The position numbers and the translations under genes were made by a program. The notes below the pieces were generated by a model, which saw only the letters and a list, made by a program, of their open reading frames with translations, searched no databases and had not been told where the DNA came from. From positions 21,122-85,121 of the forward strand of contig JAQUYN010000001.1 in the NCBI GenBank assembly GCA_028691835.1: a DNA stretch of 64,000 bases, read 5' to 3'. Below are positions 8,146-16,082 of this stretch, piece after piece. Origin of the DNA: Alphaproteobacteria bacterium (GTDB lineage Bacteria; Pseudomonadota; Alphaproteobacteria; UBA9219). Positions within the stretch are counted from its first letter, which is position 1. Each line of letters opens with the position of its first letter.

Positions 8146-8194
8146 GTGGACACTTTCCCAAGAGTGGACAGGTGGACACTGTCCTTTTGTCCAC
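8146..8194. repeat. cluster of four GTGGACA heptamers (3 direct, 1 inverted)
   Basis: GTGGACA at 8146, 8164 and 8172; TGTCCAC at 8188..8194; internal palindrome GGACACTGTCC at 8174..8184. The cluster lies 30 nt upstream of the ParB-like gene start. Confidence 0.6.
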
Positions 8195-8224
8195 TTGCGA
8201 GGACAGCGCGGAGGTTTGCGATTT

Positions 8225-8851
8225 ATGGACACAAAACTTCCACGCATGGCCGAGCGTATTGAGTTTTGGCCTACATCAAAACTTCAGCCTTATGAAAAGA
8301 ACCCACGCCTTCACAGCGACGAACAAATTAGCCAGATCGCCGCGAGTTTCATTCGCTTCGGCATGGTGATGCCAATCCTCGTCGATAGCGAGGCGGGCGT
8401 GATCGCTGGGCATGGGCGGTTGGAAGCGGCAAAACTCGTTGGCCTCAAGAAAGTTCCCGTTGTCGTTCTCGATGGACTAACCGAGGAAGAAAAAAGCGCC
8501 TACGTCATCGCCGACAACAAGCTGGCCGAAAACGCGAGCTGGGATAAGGAACTTCTGGGCGAACACGTCGAAGTCCTGTTAGCCAAGGATTTTGATATGG
8601 GCGTTATCGGCTTTTCTAAAGACGAAATTGAGCGGCTTTTGCACGAAGCCCAAGACGATTTGAGCGACGGGTTTGACGGCAAAGATGCCGACGAACATCA
8701 AGAAGAGTCCGACACGCAATGCGTCGTTGGTTCCTACCGTCTCCCCGTTTCACGCGATGATTATCTGCGTTGGCACGATTCCATTCGCGACGCCGTTGGC
8801 TTTGAAAAAGACGCGATTAAGAAAGAAATCAGGAGGCGGTTGAAATTATGA
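8225..8851 (+). CDS. ParB-like nuclease/Srx-fold domain protein
   Basis: LQPYEKNPRLHSDEQISQIAASFIRFGMVMPILVDSEAGVIAGHGRLEAAKLVGLKKVPVVVL is a ParBc pattern. Start set at ATG 8225, since the ORF-track start at 8063 would read through the repeat cluster. Confidence 0.75.
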   Translation: MDTKLPRMAERIEFWPTSKLQPYEKNPRLHSDEQISQIAASFIRFGMVMPILVDSEAGVIAGHGRLEAAKLVGLKKVPVVVLDGLTEEEKSAYVIADNKLAENASWDKELLGEHVEVLLAKDFDMGVIGFSKDEIERLLHEAQDDLSDGFDGKDADEHQEESDTQCVVGSYRLPVSRDDYLRWHDSIRDAVGFEKDAIKKEIRRRLKL

Positions 8852-10350
8852 TCGAGCTTGTTCCGATTAACGACGTGCGCCCCAGCACATATAACCCCCG
8901 CAAGTCCGATCCCATTCGCCTCAAGATTATCGAATTATCTCTTCGCAAGCTGGGCTGGCTTCTCCCCATTTACGCCGACAAGGATGGAGAGATTCTTTCC
9001 GGCCATCAACGCCATCTTGTTGCGACGCGCATGGGCATGACGGAAGTGCCCGTTTGCTACATTCCGCGCATGACGCTGGAAGAGCGTAAAGCCATCAACG
9101 TCGCGTTCAATCGCGGCACGAACGATATGCAGAACTCGGACGCGCCCGACACGCTGAAACAGGCGCTTGAACAATGTAACGTCTTTGACATTGCCGCCGA
9201 GCTTCCCGATCAAACGGATGTCTGCCCTTGTTTGAATGTTGAAACAGTTCCTCTCGCGCCGCTCTTGAAAGCCAACAAAGGGCGGTGGGTTCCTTACGCC
9301 CGCAACCTCGCGCAAATGCTTCGCAAGCGAGGCATTCAAATGCCAATCATTGCCACCCGCGATCACAAAATCATCAACGGGATTGGGCGGCTGGAACTGG
9401 CAGCGGATCGTGGAGAAACCCACGTCTCGGTAGTCTGGATCACAGACACACAAGCCGAGCTGGCACAAGCTATGTTGAACTTTCTTAGCATGGATTTTGA
9501 TATTCATACCCGTTACGCCGACTTGCTGCGCTATAACTCCTTCCGGCGCGTCCGGCGGGTGCGCTCCGAGCTGGGTTGGGGTTTCATTTTTGCCCATTAC
9601 AAGAAAACCGCCGTCAAGGAATATGACGTTACCGACCCTAAGAACGCAGCACACTGGAAACAACTTTACGGCACCTCGGTGGTAGATTTCGGCGCGGGGC
9701 ATCTGACCGAAACACAAATATTGCGATCCATCGGGGTTCGCGTCTCTCCATTCGAGCCTTTTCGGATCGGCGACACGGATGAAATCGACAAGGCCGAAAG
9801 CCTGCGTGTTGCGCGCGCCTTTCTGGCCGACGTTGCGGCGGGCGTGAAATATGACTCCGTCTTCATTTCATCGGTCTTGAACAGCGTCCCCTTCAAAGAG
9901 GATCGGGAACATATCGCCTGCCTGTGCGCCGCGTTGTGTGGCCCCAAAACGCGGCTTTATGCGGCGGCCTCCTCGCGGGGTCATTCCAACTGGCGCAATG
10001 TCGCCGGAGGCAATCAAATATCCGAGCGTCGCCTGAAAGAATGTATCTTCCGGCTGGAATATGAGGGCGGTATCACGCTGGGGGATTTTCAGGCCAAGCC
10101 AAAGGTTCAGAAGTACCATTCACAGAAAGAGTTTTACGATCTATTCAGCCCGTTCTTTGCGCGGGTGCAAGTCGAAGACAAAGCCAACAACGTCACGGCG
10201 ATTTGCGGTAGCCCGCTGCCCGTTGACGCGAAGAAATTAAAAGCAGCTATCGCTTTTGAGTTTGATTTACCGTATCCTGATGGCAGTCGCATGGGGTTGG
10301 TGGACGAAGCCGTCGCCGCCTATGAAAAGCGGCTAGGTATTACGTTATGA
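8848..10350 (+). CDS. fusion protein: two ParB/Srx-like domains plus a C-terminal class I SAM-methyltransferase-like domain
   Basis: Domain 1 has YNPRK...ILSGHQRHLVATRMGMTEVPV. Domain 2 has MPIIATRDHKIINGIGRLELAADRGETHVSVVW. The C-terminus has VVDFGAGH (motif I) and DSVFISSVLNSVP. I saw no [DNS]PP[YFW] motif. Confidence 0.65.
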   Translation: MIELVPINDVRPSTYNPRKSDPIRLKIIELSLRKLGWLLPIYADKDGEILSGHQRHLVATRMGMTEVPVCYIPRMTLEERKAINVAFNRGTNDMQNSDAPDTLKQALEQCNVFDIAAELPDQTDVCPCLNVETVPLAPLLKANKGRWVPYARNLAQMLRKRGIQMPIIATRDHKIINGIGRLELAADRGETHVSVVWITDTQAELAQAMLNFLSMDFDIHTRYADLLRYNSFRRVRRVRSELGWGFIFAHYKKTAVKEYDVTDPKNAAHWKQLYGTSVVDFGAGHLTETQILRSIGVRVSPFEPFRIGDTDEIDKAESLRVARAFLADVAAGVKYDSVFISSVLNSVPFKEDREHIACLCAALCGPKTRLYAAASSRGHSNWRNVAGGNQISERRLKECIFRLEYEGGITLGDFQAKPKVQKYHSQKEFYDLFSPFFARVQVEDKANNVTAICGSPLPVDAKKLKAAIAFEFDLPYPDGSRMGLVDEAVAAYEKRLGITL

Positions 10351-10766
10351 TCATTTTGTTGGACTTGAATTTTACGCTGGTTTCAAACAGTCACGAAAAA
10401 CTGAAACCCTTTGCTCGTCAGATAGAAAACGAAACCTACTGCTTCGACCTTCTCAGCCGGATCAAACACGCCACGGTCATATTGATTACGGCGCGCCCCG
10501 CCATGCACAGTACGGCGACGCTCAAAAGCATAAAAGCAAAGACGGGTTGGAAGCCAGACGCGGCTTACTTCAACGAATGGTTCTTTTCGCCGCCTGCCTG
10601 CAAAAAGAAGATTCTTGAAACCTACATCTTCCCGAAGTTTGGCGCGAACCCCGACACCTACGTTGCCATTGAAAGCAACCCCTCGACCCGCGCTATGTAT
10701 GAAAAGCTCGGCATCGTTGCCCTGACAAGAGACACGGTTCTCGAAACCTTCCGTCCCAAAGACTAA
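10347..10766 (+). CDS. HAD-superfamily-like small protein (motif I variant DLNFT)
   Basis: MIILLDLNFTLV resembles the DxDxT motif with Asn at the second acidic position. VILITARP is motif II-like. ATGA overlap with the upstream gene. Weak call. Confidence 0.4.
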   Translation: MIILLDLNFTLVSNSHEKLKPFARQIENETYCFDLLSRIKHATVILITARPAMHSTATLKSIKAKTGWKPDAAYFNEWFFSPPACKKKILETYIFPKFGANPDTYVAIESNPSTRAMYEKLGIVALTRDTVLETFRPKD

Positions 10767-10805
10767 TCCCCCCAAACAACTTAAAATGTGAAAGGAGGCT
10801 CTGCC

Positions 10806-11471
10806 ATGCAGATCCCGAAAGAATGGACGTTTGCCAATAAGGATGTTGCCGAAGGCTTTGATCATCATGTCCGCGAGCAATTGCCGTGGTACGATCTTCT
10901 GACCTCCGCCGTTTCATATATCGGGCGGCATTACATCCCGCAGGGCGGTCTTGTCTATGACATCGGCGCATCCACGGGCAACATTGGCCGTGCCTTGCAA
11001 TCGACCCTCGACTCTCGCGGGGCCGAGCTTGTCGCCATTGAAGAAAGTGCCGAAATGGCCGCGCTCTATGATGGCCCCGGATCGCTGGCTATCACGAACG
11101 CCTTGTCGTTCCCGTATCAGCCTTTTGATCTAGCCATTTGCTTTTTGGTCCTCATGTTCTTCCCGCCAAGCCAACGCGAACGGTTCCTTGACAGGCTGAA
11201 GGAAAACCTCCGCCCCGGTGGCGCGATCCTCGTGGTCGATAAATGTGAGGCTGTGCAGGGCTACCCCGCAACCATCCTCTCTCGCATTGCTCTGGCTCAT
11301 AAGATCGCGGCGGGCGTAAAGCCGGAGGAGATTATCGCTAAGGAATTGAGCCTGAGCGGCGTTCAAAGACCCATCGATCCAACCATCTTGGGCGACGAGG
11401 CCATTCCGTTTTTCCGCTTTGGCGAGTTCGCCGGATGGATCATCGACTACAACAGCCTTCATAGAACCTGA
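10806..11471 (+). CDS. CmoA-like class I SAM-dependent methyltransferase (carboxy-SAM synthase-like)
   Basis: EWTFANKDVAEGFDHHVREQLPWYDLL...GGLVYDIGASTGN...LVAIEESAEM...LRPGGAILVVDK parallels, from memory, E. coli CmoA [26 protein letters not shown]...VYDLGCSLG...[10 protein letters not shown]...[20 protein letters not shown] lies 7 nt before ATG 10806. Confidence 0.6.
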   Translation: MQIPKEWTFANKDVAEGFDHHVREQLPWYDLLTSAVSYIGRHYIPQGGLVYDIGASTGNIGRALQSTLDSRGAELVAIEESAEMAALYDGPGSLAITNALSFPYQPFDLAICFLVLMFFPPSQRERFLDRLKENLRPGGAILVVDKCEAVQGYPATILSRIALAHKIAAGVKPEEIIAKELSLSGVQRPIDPTILGDEAIPFFRFGEFAGWIIDYNSLHRT

Positions 11472-11479
11472 AATGAACG

Positions 11480-12010
11480 ATGGGACTTTCAATCCGAGCC
11501 TATGCCGCGCATCGGGGATGCTCGAAAAGTGCCGTGATGAAAGCCGTCTCGCGGGGGCGTATCTCCCGCGACCCCGACGGCAAGATTGATCCCATTCAAG
11601 CCGACCGCGAATGGGAACAAAACAGTGATCCGGGGCAAGTGGAAGCGCAAGGCGCGGAAAAACCCGCCCTACAGACGAAACTTAAAGCGAAAGCGGAAAG
11701 CTCTTCAGAAACCCCATCCAACGAAGGCCCGACCTATATCCAAAGCCGCGCAATCCGCGAGCTGTACGTCGCGCGGCTGCGTAAGATGGAATATGAGGAA
11801 AAAGCGAACCGCCTCGTTCCCCTCGATAAGGTAACGGTACGTTGGTTCAACCTCGCACGGCAATTACGCGACCAGCTTTTGTCTCTTCCTAACCGCATCG
11901 ACGCCATCCTTGCCGCCGAAAGTGACCGTTTCAAGGTCAATCAGCTTTTGACCGAGGAGATCACGCGCGTGCTCGAAGAGTTCTCTAAATCTGACCCCGC
12001 GAATCTCTGA
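11480..12010 (+). CDS. phage terminase small subunit (Nu1/Terminase_5-like, N-terminal HTH)
   Basis: MGLSIRAYAAHRGCSKSAVMKAVSRGRIS pattern. The gene sits immediately upstream of, and overlaps, the GpA-type large subunit gene. Confidence 0.75.
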   Translation: MGLSIRAYAAHRGCSKSAVMKAVSRGRISRDPDGKIDPIQADREWEQNSDPGQVEAQGAEKPALQTKLKAKAESSSETPSNEGPTYIQSRAIRELYVARLRKMEYEEKANRLVPLDKVTVRWFNLARQLRDQLLSLPNRIDAILAAESDRFKVNQLLTEEITRVLEEFSKSDPANL

Positions 12011-13926
12011 TGAATAGCGCGCAGGAAGTTGCCTACATCCTTTCCTATCTGGAAGGGCTGAAACCCGATCCCGTGCAAACGGTATCGACATGGGCGGATG
12101 AGAACCGCTTTCTCTCCGGCAAGGCGGCCTCCGAGCCGGGGCCGTGGCGCACAAGCCGAACGCCTTATATGCGCGAAATTATGGACTGCCTTTCGGCCTG
12201 TTCTCCGGTAGAGCGGGTCGTTTTTATGAAGGGCGCGCAGGTCGGCGGGACAGAATGCGGCAATAACTGGCTGGGTTATATCATCCATCATACGCCGGGG
12301 CCGACGCTTTCTGTTCAACCGACCGTAGAAATGGCCAAGCGCAATTCCAAACAGCGCATTGATCCGCTTTTGGAAGAAAGTCCAGAACTTCGCAAACTTA
12401 TCAAGCCCGCAAGGTCCAAGGATTCCGGCAACACGATTTTGGTCAAAGAGTTTCCGGGCGGCATCTTGGTGATGACGGGCGCGAACAGCGCGGCGGGGCT
12501 TCGCTCCATGCCCGTGCGGTTTCTGTTTTTGGATGAAGTTGATGCGTTCCCCGGCGACGTGGAAGATGAAGGCGATCCCGTAGCTCTGGCCGAGGCGCGC
12601 ACCCGCACTTTTGCGCGGCGCAAGATTTACATTGTCTCGACGCCGACGGTGAAAGGCCTGTCACGGATTGAACGTGAATACGAAGCCAGCGATATGCGCC
12701 GCTTTATGGTGCCGTGTCCTTTGTGTGGGGCGTTTCAGTGGCTCAAATTCTCGCAACTCAAATGGCCTCACAACGAACCCGATAAAGCGGCTTATGAATG
12801 CGAACATTGCGGCCAGCTTTTTGCCGAGCATCACAAAACAGAAATGCTCGCGCATGGTTATTGGGAAGCCCACGCGGAAGGCGATGGGCGCACGGCAGGA
12901 TTTCACATCTCAAGCCTCTATTCGCCGCTCGGCTGGCGAAGTTGGGCAGAGATCGCGCGCGCATGGCTCGACGCGCAAGGTTCGGATGCGTCCATCAAAT
13001 CGTTCAAGAACACCGAGCTTGGCGAGACCTACGTTGAAAGCGGTGAAGCCCCAGAATGGCATCGCCTCTATGACCGCCGTGAAGATTATCGCATTGCTAC
13101 CGTGCCGATGGGGGGCTTGTTCCTCACGGCTGGTGCGGACGTTCAGAAAGACCGCCTTGAACTGGAAATCGTGGCATGGGGCCGCGACCGCGAATGCTGG
13201 TCGGTGGATTACCGTGTCTTGCAGGGAGATCCTGCCAAGGCCGATGTGTGGATCGCGCTGGATGCGGTTCTGGCCGAAAGTTTCACACATGAAAACGGGG
13301 TCAATCTCGCGATCCTGAAGTTGGCCATCGACACGGGCTATGCAACGCAGGAAGTTTACGACTGGGTACGCCGTCAGCAAGGGGATAGGGTACTAGCGAT
13401 CAAGGGCGTTGACCGCCTTGGTGCGCCCTTGGGCGCGCCCAGCCATATGGATGTGACGGTTGAAGGGAAACGCAAGCGCCGTGGGCTTCTGGTGTGGCCC
13501 GTGGGATCGTCTTTTACCAAGTCCGAGCTTTATGGATGCCTTCGCAAGGACGCGCCGACGGACGAGCAAAAGGCGCAAGGCATTCGCTATCCGGCAGGCT
13601 ATTGCCACTTCCCGAAATACGGCGAGGATTATTTTAAGCAACTGACGGCGGAACGGCTCGTCACCAGCAAAAACAAGCGGGGCTTCCCCTTCCGCGAATG
13701 GCGCAAAGAACGTGACCGCAACGAAGCGTTGGACTGTCGCGTGTACGCGCGCGCCGCCGCCGCAAGCGTCGGTATCGACCGCTTCAATGAAACTGTTTGG
13801 CTCCGTCTTGAAACCGCTCTCGGCATTGTCACTGAAGTCACCAACCCCGCGCCCGAAGTCAACACAGCGCAGTCCAAGTCAACATCCGCCCCGCAACGCC
13901 GAACAATAAGGAGCAGTTATCTATGA
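12010..13926 (+). CDS. phage terminase large subunit, lambda GpA family
   Basis: 638 aa. WADENRFLS...PGPWRTSRTPYMREIMD...FMKGAQVGGTE (Walker A-like), LFLDEVDAF (Walker B) and the zinc-like CPLCG..CEHCG are typical of Terminase_GpA. Confidence 0.85.
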   Translation: MNSAQEVAYILSYLEGLKPDPVQTVSTWADENRFLSGKAASEPGPWRTSRTPYMREIMDCLSACSPVERVVFMKGAQVGGTECGNNWLGYIIHHTPGPTLSVQPTVEMAKRNSKQRIDPLLEESPELRKLIKPARSKDSGNTILVKEFPGGILVMTGANSAAGLRSMPVRFLFLDEVDAFPGDVEDEGDPVALAEARTRTFARRKIYIVSTPTVKGLSRIEREYEASDMRRFMVPCPLCGAFQWLKFSQLKWPHNEPDKAAYECEHCGQLFAEHHKTEMLAHGYWEAHAEGDGRTAGFHISSLYSPLGWRSWAEIARAWLDAQGSDASIKSFKNTELGETYVESGEAPEWHRLYDRREDYRIATVPMGGLFLTAGADVQKDRLELEIVAWGRDRECWSVDYRVLQGDPAKADVWIALDAVLAESFTHENGVNLAILKLAIDTGYATQEVYDWVRRQQGDRVLAIKGVDRLGAPLGAPSHMDVTVEGKRKRRGLLVWPVGSSFTKSELYGCLRKDAPTDEQKAQGIRYPAGYCHFPKYGEDYFKQLTAERLVTSKNKRGFPFREWRKERDRNEALDCRVYARAAAASVGIDRFNETVWLRLETALGIVTEVTNPAPEVNTAQSKSTSAPQRRTIRSSYL

Positions 13927-14108
13927 CGCTCCCTGATCTTGATAAATATCGGAAAATGGCAGAGGGTTTTGACTTGTCTGATGAGCAAAAGGACGAACTT
14001 ATCATGACTGTGTGGAATATTATGGGGCAATTTGTTGATCAAGCCTTTGGTGTCCATCCAGTACAATTGTGCCAAAAGAATCGTGAAAGCAAGCATTTGA
14101 CCCAATGA
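13923..14108 (+). CDS. hypothetical protein (61 aa) coupled to terL
   Basis: ATGA overlap with the terL stop; AT-rich. No similarity to lambda gpW that I can see. Confidence 0.4.
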   Translation: MTLPDLDKYRKMAEGFDLSDEQKDELIMTVWNIMGQFVDQAFGVHPVQLCQKNRESKHLTQ

Positions 14109-14166
14109 TTTTATGGCTGTTTGTGTTATCATGGTGCGGGCAACGAAACAGATAAAAGTGAGAAAA

Positions 14167-14517
14167 ATGCCTATTCAGTGCGTAATTTATTGCCGTACAG
14201 CTTGTGTCCCACAAGAAGGGCTAGACATAGAGGCGCAAAAACAAGAACAATTTTGCCGCGACTATGCGGCGGCATACGGGAACGAGGTTGTCGAAGTTTT
14301 TTGCGACTCTGGCGTGTCAGGTCTTTCAGAAAACAGATCGGGCTTTAATGCAATGCTGGATTTTCTGGGCCAACAACAAAAACCGTTTGCCGTCTTGATT
14401 GCTTCGCGGGATAGGCTCGCGCGTGATCTTGATTTGCTTCTGGCGTTGGAGAAAAAGCTCTCCGATTTATGTGCTCCCCTTGTTTCCGTGAATGAGGTGC
14501 ATCAAAAGGTCGCATGA
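14167..14517 (+). CDS. resolvase-domain-only protein lacking the canonical nucleophile serine
   Basis: CVIYCRTACVPQEGLDIEAQ aligns with the downstream integrase's VTYCRVSSAKQVKEGHGLSSQ, so R-V-S-S is replaced by R-T-A-C. The SRDRLARDLD arginine motif is retained. ATGA overlap with the integrase start. Confidence 0.6.
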   Translation: MPIQCVIYCRTACVPQEGLDIEAQKQEQFCRDYAAAYGNEVVEVFCDSGVSGLSENRSGFNAMLDFLGQQQKPFAVLIASRDRLARDLDLLLALEKKLSDLCAPLVSVNEVHQKVA

Positions 14518-16082
14518 TTAAATTTGCTGTCACTTATTGCCGCGTTTCCAGTGCCAAACAGGTCAAAGAAGGCCACGGCCTAAGTTCGCAAGAAACGCGA
14601 TGCCGCGAATATGCTAGGCACAAGGGCTATGAGGTCATCGAAACGTTTTTCGATGAAGGCATTTCAGGAAGCCTTATCGAACGCCCCGGCATGCAGTCCA
14701 TGTTGGGGTTCCTGCGCAAGAGAAAAGGCGAAATTATAGCCGTCATTATCGACGACATCAGCCGTCTTGCGCGTGGACTTGAAGCGCATCTGGATTTACG
14801 AACTTCAATCGGTGCCGCTGGCGGCAAACTGGAATCCCCATCTATCGAGTTTGGTGAAGATTCCGACAGCATCCTAGTTGAGAACCTTCTGGCCAGTGTT
14901 TCGCAACACCAACGGCAAAAGAACGCCGAGCAGGTCAAAAACCGCATGCGGGCGCGCGTGATGAACGGGTACTGGACAGGAAAAGCTCCGTATGGTTATC
15001 GCTACAAGTCCATGCCTAACCACGGCAAGCTGTTGGTTCGTGACGAACCTTTGGCTTCAATCGTACAGGAGGCTTTGGAGGGCTATGCTTGTGGGCGTTT
15101 TGAAACACGACCGGAGATAAAATACTTTCTGGAAAGCCACGCCGTCTTTCCCAGAGGATATAATGGGCGAGTTCATTATCAGCGCGTTGACGACATGCTC
15201 AACAATGCCCTGTACGCAGGATATGTTCATTTTCCACGATGGGATGTTCATTTCCAACCGGGAAAACACGAAGCCATAATCAGCCTTGAAACGTGGCAAA
15301 AGGTTCAAGATCGCTTGAAGGGTCAGGCCAAGGCACCAGCCCGCGTGGATGTACATGACGATTTTCCTCTGCGCGGATTTGTGGTCTGCGCTTGCTGCGG
15401 ACAGCCTATGACCGCTTGCTGGTCGCGAGGGAGGAAGAAGGCTTATCCCTATTACCTTTGCCAAACGAAGGGGTGTTCCGAATACAAAAAATCTGTCCGC
15501 AAGGAGAAATTGGAAACAGAGTTCGAAATCCTTCTGAAAAGCCTGTGCCCGTCCGAAGACATGTTCAAAATAGCTGTTGAGGCGCTCAAGGATCATTGGC
15601 GCGAGGGGGAAAAGAACTTGGGGCAGGAATCCATGCTTGCGAAAAAGGAGCTAGCGGAAGTTGAAAAGAAGGTTGGGCAACTCATGGATCGGATTGTCTC
15701 GACGGACTCGCCCAGCGTGATCAAGGCCTATGAAGAGCACATCAAAAATCTTGAGATGAGGAAGGCGGGACTAGCCGAGATTGCGAAGAATTGCGGCAGG
15801 CCGTTAAAGCCGTTCGATCAAACTTATCGAACCGCCCTTGAATTCCTCCGAAACCCGCAGAAACTCTGGGTTTCCGAGCGTATCGAGGATAAGAGAATTG
15901 TGCTGAAATTGGTTTTTGCGAAGCCTTTGGAATACTGCCAAAACGGCGGTTATCGAACCGCCCTAACTTCTTGTCCCTTCACACTTTTTCGGGGCTTTAG
16001 TACCCCTAATAAAGTTTTGGTGGAGCCAAGGGGGATCGAACCCCTGACCTCAACAATGCCATTGTTGCGCTCTCCCAGCTGA
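14514..16082 (+). CDS. large serine recombinase (phage integrase type)
   Basis: YCRVSSAKQ nucleophile motif, DDISRLARG, a recombinase domain, the zinc ribbon CACCGQPMTACW...YYLCQTKGC and a coiled-coil. The last ~22 codons (VEPRGIEPLTSTMPLLRSPS) are the antisense of tRNA-Ala. Confidence 0.85.
   Translation: MIKFAVTYCRVSSAKQVKEGHGLSSQETRCREYARHKGYEVIETFFDEGISGSLIERPGMQSMLGFLRKRKGEIIAVIIDDISRLARGLEAHLDLRTSIGAAGGKLESPSIEFGEDSDSILVENLLASVSQHQRQKNAEQVKNRMRARVMNGYWTGKAPYGYRYKSMPNHGKLLVRDEPLASIVQEALEGYACGRFETRPEIKYFLESHAVFPRGYNGRVHYQRVDDMLNNALYAGYVHFPRWDVHFQPGKHEAIISLETWQKVQDRLKGQAKAPARVDVHDDFPLRGFVVCACCGQPMTACWSRGRKKAYPYYLCQTKGCSEYKKSVRKEKLETEFEILLKSLCPSEDMFKIAVEALKDHWREGEKNLGQESMLAKKELAEVEKKVGQLMDRIVSTDSPSVIKAYEEHIKNLEMRKAGLAEIAKNCGRPLKPFDQTYRTALEFLRNPQKLWVSERIEDKRIVLKLVFAKPLEYCQNGGYRTALTSCPFTLFRGFSTPNKVLVEPRGIEPLTSTMPLLRSPS

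Noticed and set aside
8935-9717. 260-aa minus-strand ORF inside the ParB-MTase fusion gene (similar cases at 10383..10880 and 12910..13380).
   Set aside because: They are antisense to genes with clear domain signatures and have no RBS or motif.
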